A DNA stretch of 37,268 nt from an uncultured Candidatus Bathyarchaeia archaeon (GTDB lineage: Archaea; Thermoproteota; Bathyarchaeia; TCS64), in contig CAZEMD010000002.1 of NCBI GenBank assembly GCA_964513225.1, forward strand, positions 1 to 37,268, read 5' to 3'. Shown here in pieces: positions 9,034 to 16,717 of the stretch (the stretch's first letter is position 1; every line of letters begins with the position of its first letter). Position numbers and translations under genes: made by a program. The notes beneath the pieces are model-generated. The model had not been told where the DNA came from, searched no databases, and saw only the letters and a program-made list of their open reading frames with translations.

Positions 9034-10260
9034 TCATATTGGGTTGTTTTGACTGATCTCTCTCATCGCTGATGACACCTGGGCTGCGAGGACCTCCAGG
9101 AGGTAGTGATCGAAGACAGTGAAGGCGTCGAGCGAGAGGCTCTCTATGTTCAGCACGGCCACGGTCTCCCCCTCCACGGTCACGGGGACGGATAGCTCCG
9201 AGAGGGAGTCCTTGGAGCCTTTCACGAAGTCGGGATCTTCCCTAGTGTCCGGCACGTACTGTGTCTTCCCGGATACGGTGGCCCGTACGGTTATGCCTTT
9301 CCCGTCCAGCGGCATCTCTACGGGGATCAGGGGGGTGCCCCTAGTGCCGAGGGGGTGGAGGGTGTCTCCCCTGACAACCTGGAACGAGGCATAGTTGAAG
9401 CCGAGGATCTGCTCCATGATGTCCAGGGTGGTTTCTCCGATCTCCTCGATGGTTTCAGCTGTCTTCAGGAGGGTGGCGTGGTCGTGCAGGGCCTGTAGCA
9501 GGTTCTCTTTCTCGATCCTGTCCGTTATGTCTCTCACGAAGGCGAGTAGCGCTGGCTTTCCTTGGTAGTCGATGAAGCTTATGGATGCCTCGTATCTTCT
9601 GTCGAACCTCTCGCCGAAGCCGTAAAGGTAGTCGTACGTGTAGGGGTGCCGTCCTTCTTGTTTGCTGGCTTCTATTCTCTCGAATATCTTTCGTTCGGCG
9701 GGGTCCAGGTAGTCCACGGCTGAGGCGCCGATGATCTCTTTTCTGTCGTCTACGTCGAATAGGGTTAGGGCGGCGTGGTTGGCGTATTCGATGGTGCCGT
9801 CGACGATGATGAGTATGGCGTCGCGGCTGTTCTCGACGATGTCTCTGTAGAGCCTGCGTTGCCTGCGGATGTCCACGGCGTCGTCGATGGTCTTGGCGAG
9901 GATGTTGAAGTGGTCTATGCTTCTCTCTTTTCTGACCACGGAGTCGACTCCGCTCGTGTATGATCTTTCGGCGAGCTCCTGGTTTCTCAGGGAGGTGTAG
10001 AGGATGAATGGTGTGTCGTGTGTCTTCTTTATCTCCGCGCTTAGTTGTATGCCGTCGGTGTCGGGGAGATTGTACTCTGAGACGACGCAGTCGTAGTCAT
10101 GGGATTCCAGTTTCTCGAGGGCCGTCTTCCCGGATGAGGCGGTTTCGGTTGTAATGGTGGGGTCTATTATGTTTAGGTTTATTTTTATGAATCTCAGTGC
10201 CTCGTGGTCGCTGCCTACCAGTAATGCCTTCGTCGCGTTCTCACCCCGCGAGCTATGTAT
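9034..10260 (-). CDS. receiver(atypical)-PAS-GAF signalling protein
   Basis: The ORF track starts at GTG 9939, but the same frame stays open up to 10299. That upstream part encodes a CheY-like receiver (...KALLVGSDHEALRFIK...YDCVVSEYNLPDTDGIQLSAEIKK..TPFILYTS...). Downstream follow PAS (RDIVENSRDAILIIVDGTIEYANHAA) and GAF (...ELSVPVTVEGETVAVLNIES). The 5' boundary is approximate: there is no in-frame ATG/GTG/TTG between 9939 and the upstream stop at 10300-10302. Confidence 0.7.
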   Translation of the reverse strand: MHSSRGENATKALLVGSDHEALRFIKINLNIIDPTITTETASSGKTALEKLESHDYDCVVSEYNLPDTDGIQLSAEIKKTHDTPFILYTSLRNQELAERSYTSGVDSVVRKERSIDHFNILAKTIDDAVDIRRQRRLYRDIVENSRDAILIIVDGTIEYANHAALTLFDVDDRKEIIGASAVDYLDPAERKIFERIEASKQEGRHPYTYDYLYGFGERFDRRYEASISFIDYQGKPALLAFVRDITDRIEKENLLQALHDHATLLKTAETIEEIGETTLDIMEQILGFNYASFQVVRGDTLHPLGTRGTPLIPVEMPLDGKGITVRATVSGKTQYVPDTREDPDFVKGSKDSLSELSVPVTVEGETVAVLNIESLSLDAFTVFDHYLLEVLAAQVSSAMREISQNNPI

Positions 10261-10455
10261 GGTAGTTGTTTGTTCTTGTGTAATAATGTTTTTAATGAGT
10301 TATTTTCAATTGAAGAAAATATGATAAATATGGATATTCTTAGTTGATGCTGGGTTTTACTGGCTCTTTTATGGGCGCTCAAAGGCTAGCTAGATGCGAC
10401 TATGTCTGGAGTGCTTTCCTTGTTTTTAGGCAGAGATATTACATCTGGGCTTTTC

Positions 10456-10980
10456 TCATAGCCTGTCTAGTGCTTCATAGAAGATGTGGATGATTTTTGG
10501 TGAGAGCCAAAAGCCTCCCTCAAGCATCTGACTTAGGGATTCCTTTGCCTGTTTATTGCTTAGATGTCGCTCTTTTACGGCCTTCAGAAGCACATAGAGG
10601 ACGCCTTTAGGCTCCAGGCCGAGGGATTTCCCTGTTTGATGGGCGTCTTCATCGTTTGTCAGGAAGAGGCTGATCCCCTTCTCTAGAGCGAGTGCAATAG
10701 CTTCACGTTCTCCTCTGCCTAGTTCGATGCCGAGCTTGTTCTCTCTATCCTCCACTTTGTCTATGAACCGTTTCTTGGGTTTGTAGACCCTTATCCACCC
10801 CTCTCCTATGGTTTTTTTGGTTGTTTGAGCGTCCTCGTGGCCCTTTTCGAGCCCACGGGTTACAGCCTCTTCGTAGACTGCCTCAGGGATTACTATCTCG
10901 GAGTGTAGCTTCTTCAATAGGTGAAGGGTGTCGCATTTTCCCAGCCATATGAGTGGGCCGGCATCTGAGGATGCCGCCAA
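10456..10980 (-). CDS. DUF3368/COG2405 PIN-like protein (putative toxin)
   Basis: TTG start directly abutting the upstream stop. Has ...GEREAIALALEKG..LFLTNDEDA... plus a C-terminal DUF3368-like ...GVLYVLLKAVKERHLS..LEGGFWLSPKI. Confidence 0.75.
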   Translation of the reverse strand: MAASSDAGPLIWLGKCDTLHLLKKLHSEIVIPEAVYEEAVTRGLEKGHEDAQTTKKTIGEGWIRVYKPKKRFIDKVEDRENKLGIELGRGEREAIALALEKGISLFLTNDEDAHQTGKSLGLEPKGVLYVLLKAVKERHLSNKQAKESLSQMLEGGFWLSPKIIHIFYEALDRL

Positions 10981-11295
10981 CTAGCCCACCAGCTGCTCGG
11001 CCTCTTCTCTGAACCTCTCTTCCCCGTATCTGAAGACGATGTTTCTTCGTCTGAGTTCCAGGGATAGCTCTCTGTAGCCTAGGCCCGTCAGCTCAGCCAT
11101 TCTTCCAAACGAGATGCTGCCCTTTCTGTATAGCTCTATGGCTAGGCGTAGCTTCATCTCGTCGATGCCTATTTTGAGTGCCTCCCTCATGAGGTCGGAT
11201 TTCTCTCTCTGGAGTTTTTCTGTGAGGTCTTCGAGGTCTTCTATTGTCTCTTCAGGAAGCCTGACTGTTGTGACCTTGAACGTCAAGGGGTTCAC
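10981..11295 (-). CDS. UPF0175 (COG2886) family antitoxin-like protein
   Basis: GTG start. ...AIELYRKGSISFGRMAELTGLGYRELSLELRRRNI is the UPF0175 signature. Sits adjacent to its DUF3368 partner. Confidence 0.75.
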   Translation of the reverse strand: MNPLTFKVTTVRLPEETIEDLEDLTEKLQREKSDLMREALKIGIDEMKLRLAIELYRKGSISFGRMAELTGLGYRELSLELRRRNIVFRYGEERFREEAEQLVG

Positions 11296-11315
11296 TGTAT
11301 TCTTTTAGAATACAG
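11295..11315. promoter_or_regulatory. perfect 9-bp inverted repeat (CTGTATTCT-TTT-AGAATACAG) overlapping the UPF0175 start codon
   Basis: Read directly from the sequence. The position fits a TA autoregulatory operator or a 5' hairpin. Confidence 0.35.
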
Positions 11316-11377
11316 TTCTTATTAAGTATATACCCCTCCCGGTAAGGGGGGGCTTGGATCGGGCGATCTGCCTTTTA

Positions 11378-11458
11378 CTCAATAATGTTGAGCGTTTATA
11401 TGTGTGGTTGAACGGTCGTCTGCTCAACAGTATTGAGCGTTTATATTATCTCATTGAG
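11378..11458. promoter_or_regulatory. three CTCA(A)-N-(T)TGAG palindromes plus a duplicated TTGAGCGTTTATAT box in the divergent TA intergenic region
   Basis: CTCAATAATGTTGAG at 11378-11392, CTCAACAGTATTGAG at 11423-11437 and CTCATTGAG at 11450-11458. TTGAGCGTTTATAT occurs at 11388-11401 and 11433-11446. Confidence 0.35.
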
Positions 11459-11535
11459 CAAGACATTGGTTTAGAGGCTTAATATTATCAGGTCCAACTC
11501 TCATTGACTATGATCCTCCTCCGTAACACTTATTT

Positions 11536-11553
11536 CTACATATGTATATGTAG
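11536..11553. promoter_or_regulatory. AT-rich palindrome CTACATAT-GT-ATATGTAG upstream of vapB (TATA/operator candidate)
   Basis: 8-bp perfect arms ending 14 nt upstream of the TTG start at 11567, followed by ATGTAG repeats. Confidence 0.35.
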
Positions 11554-11566
11554 ATGTAGATAGGTC

Positions 11567-11809
11567 TTGACGTCTAAAACGGTATCAGTGTCTGAGGACG
11601 CCTACGAGCTCCTCAAGAAGATGAAGCTCAAGGGAGAGAGCTTCACGGAGACCATCAGGAGGCTCGCCAGACGCCGCAGGCTCGCGGACTGCGCCGGGCT
11701 TTGGTCCGACGTCTCCGAGGAGGAGATGGAGGACTACTGGGGCAGCATAGCCGACTTGAGGAGGAGGGCCGCGGAGTCCATGGAGATGCGCCGCGTTGAA
11801 GGTCGTTGA
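11567..11809 (+). CDS. vapB: VapB-type antitoxin
   Basis: TTG start. The N-terminus TVSVSEDAYELLKKMKLKGESFTETIRRL is typical of small archaeal VapB antitoxins. Overlaps the downstream PIN gene by 14 nt. Confidence 0.75.
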   Translation: MTSKTVSVSEDAYELLKKMKLKGESFTETIRRLARRRRLADCAGLWSDVSEEEMEDYWGSIADLRRRAAESMEMRRVEGR

Positions 11810-12194
11810 CACGACCTTCCTGATATGCCTTCTCCGGAACGATCCTCTGACTCTCAGCAAGGCTGAGGAGCTGGACGGGGAGGGCGGCGCCGCGACCACC
11901 GTCGTCAACGTCTATGAGGCCTCGTATGGGGTGTACAGGGCGATGTCGGACCCGTCGAGGAGGATGGAGGCCTTCAAGCGTCTAGTCACGAATCTAGAGA
12001 TCTTGGACCTCGACTACGAGGCTGCGATGAGGGCCGCCGAGGTATCGGGGACGCTGGACAGGGAGGGGAGAGGGATCGATCCCTTCGACTCGCTCATCGC
12101 GGGGATCACGCTCACCAGCGGCGCGGAGGCGCTGGTCACCAGAAACGTTTCTCACTTCGAGAGGGTGCCGGGTTTGAAGGTCGAGGAGCATTAA
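11796..12194 (+). CDS. vapC: VapC PIN-domain toxin
   Basis: TTG start. Has VVDTTFL (Asp1), ...YEASYG..., ...IDPFDSLIAGI... and ...LVTRNVSHF, which is the PIN acidic-residue layout. Confidence 0.8.
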   Translation: MKVVDTTFLICLLRNDPLTLSKAEELDGEGGAATTVVNVYEASYGVYRAMSDPSRRMEAFKRLVTNLEILDLDYEAAMRAAEVSGTLDREGRGIDPFDSLIAGITLTSGAEALVTRNVSHFERVPGLKVEEH

Positions 12195-12336
12195 ACGAAG
12201 GACGCTCATCCATAGCTGGGGCTCCGCCCAGACATAGTACCCGCTTCACCTAGTTTTTTAGAAGATTGTAAGGTGAAAGACTCATAGACTTCATTCATCC
12301 TTCAAAGAATTCTTCAGCTTTATTATCCGAGATTTC

Positions 12337-12636
12337 ATGGATCTTATTATGGAGGATCTCCGCGGGAAGGCCCTCAAGGCCTATGAGGCGCTCTTCAGCG
12401 GCCGGGAAGCCGTTGAGATCGAAGGCAAGGTCTACCGCCTGAAGCATACTTCGATCCAGGGGCTGCGTAGGTTCAGTATAGAGGGTTATAGCTTCATTGA
12501 GCAGAACCCGGATAAGGGCAACGGGTGGGCTGAGATGGCGAGGGAAGGTCATCGGATATTGTGGGTGATGAAGGGTGGTAGTTATCTCGCCTAGGTACGC
12601 GACGGGAAGTTCTACGATTTCAGAGAACGGAGTTAG
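12337..12636 (+). pseudogene. conserved hypothetical gene with premature in-frame TAG (12592-12594)
   Basis: ...FIEQNPDKGNGWAEMAREGHRILWVMKGGSYLA*VRDGKFYDFRERS*. The partial paralog at 31603-31818 reads CAG (Q) at the TAG position. Confidence 0.6.
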
Positions 12637-12706
12637 CGTCTTCCTCCATGTTCTCGTGTTTCTGCCTTAGTTTAACATGTTCTAAGACGGGTTTAGATGC
12701 CTATAG

Positions 12707-13069
12707 TCAAGTTTTGATTGTTTTCCTTGTTTCCTCCGGAAATTCTCCGAGTAGCTTCCCGATTCTAAGGCTCGCGATGTGTTGTTTGAACTCTTGCTCG
12801 GTGTACTTTATGCGGTATACTCTTTGGTGGCCTCCCTTTCCGGTGGTCTCAGTGTAGGTTAGTAGTTCTTCGTCTACCATGTGGTTGAGGTAGTTGATTA
12901 TGCTGGCTCTGCTTATGGTGTCCTTGAGTCGGTCGTTGACGTTCTCTCAGACGGCTCTGCTGTTGGCGCCCTCTGGCTGTATGGTCCAGAGGTAGCGTAG
13001 CGCCTCTACCTGCCATGTCTTGAAAAACATCTTCAGGTTCTCTTTGCTTGTGTCGAGCGTGAGGGGCAT
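12707..13069 (-). pseudogene. winged-helix (MarR/ArsR-like) gene with in-frame TGA (12947-12949)
   Basis: My translation: MPLTLDTSKENLKMFFKTWQVEALRYLWTIQPEGANSRAV*ENVNDRLKDTISRASIINYLNHMVDEELLTYTETTGKGGHQRVYRIKYTEQEFKQHIASLRIGKLLGEFPEETRKTIKT*. It is missing from the ORF track because of the stop. Confidence 0.55.
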
Positions 13070-13956
13070 ACGGATCGGTTTTCGGGTTCTTTTAATAAGG
13101 ATTTGTGAGTGCCATTTTCCTGTATTTTTATATATAAATAAATATATGGGGTGGGGTTTTGAGTGTTAAAGGATGACCCTTAAAGAGTAGGGATCCACTT
13201 ACTCGACTACATTCTGGATAGCCTCGTGATTTCGCTTTTAGATTCTACTAACCAAGTAACATGGTAAAACCGCTGTTATTGTTGTCTCATGAAATGTTTC
13301 AACCGATGATGGGGGAAGTGATCTCGCTGGTTCTCTACTCTTATTAGTTTTTTCTAGGATCTTGTTTACCCTTGCATCCTTATCGATGATGCTTTCGTTT
13401 ATGGATGCCGAGTCTCCGAGGGTTAACTGGTTTGCCTCTAGAAGAGGGGGAGTGTTGCCGGCCTTGGAGCAAGGGTGACAATCCTTGGGCGCGGGAGCTC
13501 GCCTGGCCGGGCAATGTCAACTCTCCCTGCAACGTTTTCCCCGGTATCCAGGATCCAAAGGCTCCATTAGGCCTTTAGCCCTCCCCGTAAAGGGATGGGG
13601 TGTGTAAAGTATAAAGTTACGAGATATAGATGAAGGTGAATCCTTCGACCTAGGGGGCAGGCATGATGTTTTTATCCAGCAACCTTCATGTCGAGCGCTC
13701 AGCAAGGAATTATGTAGGTTGTTTGTAGATCGTTAATACAATGTACTAGAGCTTGGAGCCTTTCCGTCGGCGAGTACGTCGTAAAGGTCGTGGTGGATGA
13801 GGAGGGCGCTGTGGGTGAAGGGGACGAGGGAGACAACGAGTTGTCGGGGGTCGTTTCGTCTGTGGGGCGGCTAGAGGAGGAGGGGGACCAGACCTTGTTT
13901 TTGGTGGGCTTGGCTGCGGTAGCCGTGGCCGTGATCCTACTTTACGGGGTGTATAG

Positions 13957-14271
13957 TCAGTCGTTCGGAGGCGGGGTTTCCACCACGGCGGCTGGAGCCA
14001 GGTGAGGCAGCTGGATCACGGGGGCGTCTATTGGCGTGGGTTCTACAGCATTCCATCCAAGCGTAAATGCAGTAGCAACAAGGCCCCAGAGGAGGCTGAG
14101 AGATACAAGAACAATCGGAGTAGATGCGAGGCTGTAATGTAGCCATCGGTGGTTTTCCCACCCCATGACGACTGCGTACCAGTGGTCCGCGTCCAGTAGT
14201 ACACCGGGAGCGCTAATAGCAAGCCCAGTGAGAACGAGACGATAAAGTGCTCTACGGCGAACATGCATCAC
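13957..14271 (-). CDS. hypothetical small membrane protein
   Basis: 104-aa ORF with at least two hydrophobic stretches (LVLTGLAISAPGVLL, IVLVSLSLLWGLVATAFTL). Other-frame ORFs overlap it, so this is weak. Confidence 0.3.
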   Translation of the reverse strand: MMHVRRRALYRLVLTGLAISAPGVLLDADHWYAVVMGWENHRWLHYSLASTPIVLVSLSLLWGLVATAFTLGWNAVEPTPIDAPVIQLPHLAPAAVVETPPPND

Positions 14272-14426
14272 ATTGACCGAGTGTCAGGGCGTTAAATCGG
14301 TTTGTGTGTAGTTTATATCAATGAGATGTTTGTCGGGGTTTTAGCTAGATCTTGTAACTAACATGCTAATTTATTTCATAGATCCTATCTGTGCCTAAAA
14401 GAACGTTATTTTATGTTCTTTTTCTG

Positions 14427-14615
14427 TTAACGAGTTTCCTTGGGTTCAACGATTGTTAACGTTTCTTCTAATCGTTCGGTTTCTCTCTCGGATTTTTCTT
14501 GGGTTCCTTTTATCCAGTTCTCGGCCCAGATGTTCTCCTGCTTTATACAGTCGAGACATTTGTATTCCCTGTCGCATTGGATGTTGGGCTCAAACTCGCA
14601 TTTATTAAAACCCAT
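14427..14615 (-). CDS. hypothetical small Cys-containing protein (62 aa)
   Basis: ORF with CEFEPNIQC...CLDC spacing (possible zinc knuckle) in an AT-rich region. Confidence 0.3.
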   Translation of the reverse strand: MGFNKCEFEPNIQCDREYKCLDCIKQENIWAENWIKGTQEKSERETERLEETLTIVEPKETR

Positions 14616-14737
14616 TAATGTACTCCTTTTATATATTATTTAACTAGTAGATATATTTTATGTATCTTAATTTCATCTCATATTGGTGAGACATTATTAT
14701 AGTTAATGTTATATGGATTTATGATCTATATTTTCTC

Positions 14738-15223
14738 ATGTCAGGTGTGGTTCAACATGTCAGTTCAAACGCCAAGATAGGCAAAAACGTCAGGATGTGG
14801 CATTTTACTTACATAGGCAACGACACCGAGATAGGAGACAACACCAAGATAGGGTCCCTTGTTCACATAGATTATAACGTTAAAATCGGGTCAGGCTGCA
14901 AGATAGAGGGCATGGCCTACATCCCACCCCTGACCCGTATAGGAAACAGGGTGTTCATAGGCCCTGGGGTGATATTCACCAACGACCCGTACCCCATGTC
15001 GGATAAGATGGTCGGCGTCAAGGTGGAGGACGACGCCGTCGTCTGCGCTGGAGCCGTGTTGAAGCCGGGAATAACCATCGGAGCTCGTTCCGTGGTCGGC
15101 ATGGGGGCCATAGTAACACGTGACGTCCCCCCTGAGGCGGTGGTCTACGGGAACCCGGCTAGGGCGAGGTATGGGTTAGAGGAGTACCTCGATAGGAAGA
15201 GGGAGTGGGAGTCGACTCCATAG
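14738..15223 (+). CDS. left-handed beta-helix N-acetyltransferase (WbpD/WlbB-like)
   Basis: Hexapeptide repeats: ...IGKNVRMWHFTYIGNDTEIGDNTKIGSLVHIDYNVKIGSGCKIEG...VFIGPGVIFTNDPYP...GAIVTRDVPPEAVVYGNPAR. Confidence 0.85.
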   Translation: MSGVVQHVSSNAKIGKNVRMWHFTYIGNDTEIGDNTKIGSLVHIDYNVKIGSGCKIEGMAYIPPLTRIGNRVFIGPGVIFTNDPYPMSDKMVGVKVEDDAVVCAGAVLKPGITIGARSVVGMGAIVTRDVPPEAVVYGNPARARYGLEEYLDRKREWESTP

Positions 15224-15226
15224 AGG

Positions 15227-16438
15227 CTATTGCTCTTTTCCTCTTCTGATCATTCCAAGGATCTCGCTGAGGGTCTCCCTGATGTTGTCCTCCATCTTCT
15301 TTAGGTCCTCCTCCGCGCTGCCTATCTTATTTGTTGCCCCCGTCAAAGCAGACCTTACAGCTCGCAGAGTTTGCAGCTGACCCTCGACGTCCTTTATCTT
15401 GGCTTTGAGGGTGGAGGTGTCGAAGCTCACGTCCTCCCTCAGAGCGGAGCAGACCAGCTCTGCTCTGGCGACGTTGTAGGCTATCTCGAGGGCGAGGGGG
15501 TCTTCTTCTTGGGAGACGCTGCACACGAGGTTGTTTCCCGGGTATATCCTGAAGCATCCGCAAGAGTCGGGTATCTTGTCTTCGTGGACTGCCCCGATGG
15601 CGTATTGTGCTCCCCGGTTCTGCTTGGCGTCATCGAGTTCCTTGAAGAAGCTGTTCTTCCCGCTCATCGTGGGCTTCCTGTTCTTCACCTCCACGACTAT
15701 GCTACGCTCGATGTTCCCCGTGTCCCGGGGGTTAACCCTTATCAGGACGTCTCCGACCTCCCCCAACGGGCCTTTCTCCCTGCCGACGTGCTCGACGGCG
15801 TCGTTGTGGCTTCGGGCCAGGGCGTCTAGGCACTCGTAGACGTGGGACTCGAGGTCCAGCCCCTTCGCCGTCCCTTTTTCCCGTTCCTCCTCCGCGGCCT
15901 CAGCTGCGCCTAGCTCGACGAGAACCTTTGTGAAGCCTTCGTCCATCAACTTCACAAGCCTGTTGAAGGCCGTGCCCTCTCGGTCGATTTCCAGTTCTTC
16001 CCTCAGACGCTTCCGGAATCTCCCGATGGGGGTGGTTTCGTCGTCGGGGTTCAGGACCCTGTAGATCTCCCCTCCGTCTTTCCCGAAGTGTGCGTCCAGC
16101 TGGTTCTTCAGTTTCCCATCTTCCCCGAGGAACCTGTCCAGGTCTGTTCGGAGGCTTCCCCGGTCCGAGAAGATTTTTTCAAGCTCTTTTTCCATCTCTT
16201 TCTGCATCAGCTCGAACTCTTTTCGCACGAAGTCGACCTGCATCCTGGTCTCGGAGCCCTGGAGTGCGATGGCACCTATCTTCAGGGCTCGGCACACAAA
16301 GTCGGCTCTCTCGTCTTCCTCCATGCTTGACAGGAGGTTGTAGAGTTGGGGGTCCTCGATCCACACATCCAGGGCTATGGACATGCTGTCTGTGTCTAGG
16401 TAGGTTTGGTTGACGGTGATTCCTTCCACTGATGACAC
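15227..16438 (-). CDS. DUF2130-like coiled-coil protein with PD-(D/E)XK nuclease-fold core
   Basis: 403 aa with a GTG start. ...LGEVGDVLIRVNPRDTGNIERSIVVEVKNRKPT...AKQNRGAQYAIGAV gives a D...E-x-K motif. Flanked by charged helical or coiled-coil segments. Confidence 0.55.
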   Translation of the reverse strand: MSSVEGITVNQTYLDTDSMSIALDVWIEDPQLYNLLSSMEEDERADFVCRALKIGAIALQGSETRMQVDFVRKEFELMQKEMEKELEKIFSDRGSLRTDLDRFLGEDGKLKNQLDAHFGKDGGEIYRVLNPDDETTPIGRFRKRLREELEIDREGTAFNRLVKLMDEGFTKVLVELGAAEAAEEEREKGTAKGLDLESHVYECLDALARSHNDAVEHVGREKGPLGEVGDVLIRVNPRDTGNIERSIVVEVKNRKPTMSGKNSFFKELDDAKQNRGAQYAIGAVHEDKIPDSCGCFRIYPGNNLVCSVSQEEDPLALEIAYNVARAELVCSALREDVSFDTSTLKAKIKDVEGQLQTLRAVRSALTGATNKIGSAEEDLKKMEDNIRETLSEILGMIRRGKEQ

Positions 16439-16549
16439 CTTTATCTGTAGATGAGATTAATTCTTTTGACTTGGGTTTTATGGAAGAGTGTTGAGTAAGA
16501 AAAGAGGTGGTTTATTCGTCCCTTAGATATGAGATGGAGATGCATTGAG

Positions 16550-16717
16550 TCATGGATGCTTGTTTGGCGCATCTTTTTTGGAGGTGCGAAGATCCTCTTC
16601 GCTTAAGAGGATCAGCTCCTCATCATAGCAGCGTTTACAGAGTCTGGTGTATTTCCCTGTATAGCCGGAGAAGTTTGTGATCTTGGCGCCGCATTTCTCG
16701 CATGTCAGACCTTTCAC
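16550..16717 (-). CDS. small zinc-ribbon protein (55 aa)
   Basis: GTG at 16717 overlaps the aminotransferase TGA (GTGA). Reads VKGLTCEKCGAKITNF...RLCKRCYDEE, a CxxC...CxxC arrangement. Appears in the ORF track only as the tail of a longer shadow ORF. Confidence 0.45.
   Translation of the reverse strand: MKGLTCEKCGAKITNFSGYTGKYTRLCKRCYDEELILLSEEDLRTSKKDAPNKHP

Noticed and set aside
12592-12949. Recoding of the in-frame TAG (12592) as pyrrolysine, or of the TGA (12947) as selenocysteine
   Set aside because: The paralog has an ordinary CAG at the TAG site. TGA is one step from TGG in a W-plausible context. No recoding machinery or SECIS-like evidence is visible, so pseudogenes are more parsimonious.
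13440-13620. RNase P RNA, SRP RNA or tRNA in the GC-rich non-coding core
   Set aside because: I could not find the conserved GAGGAAAGUCC / ACAGAA (RNase P) or GGAAGGGAGCAAC-type (SRP) elements, or tRNA T-loop and acceptor patterns, on either strand. It is kept only as a low-interest finding.
13790-14005. 71-aa + strand ORF (acidic N-terminus plus one hydrophobic stretch)
   Set aside because: It overlaps the 3' end of the opposite-strand membrane ORF and sits in a region with several mutually exclusive ORFs. Evidence for either is insufficient.
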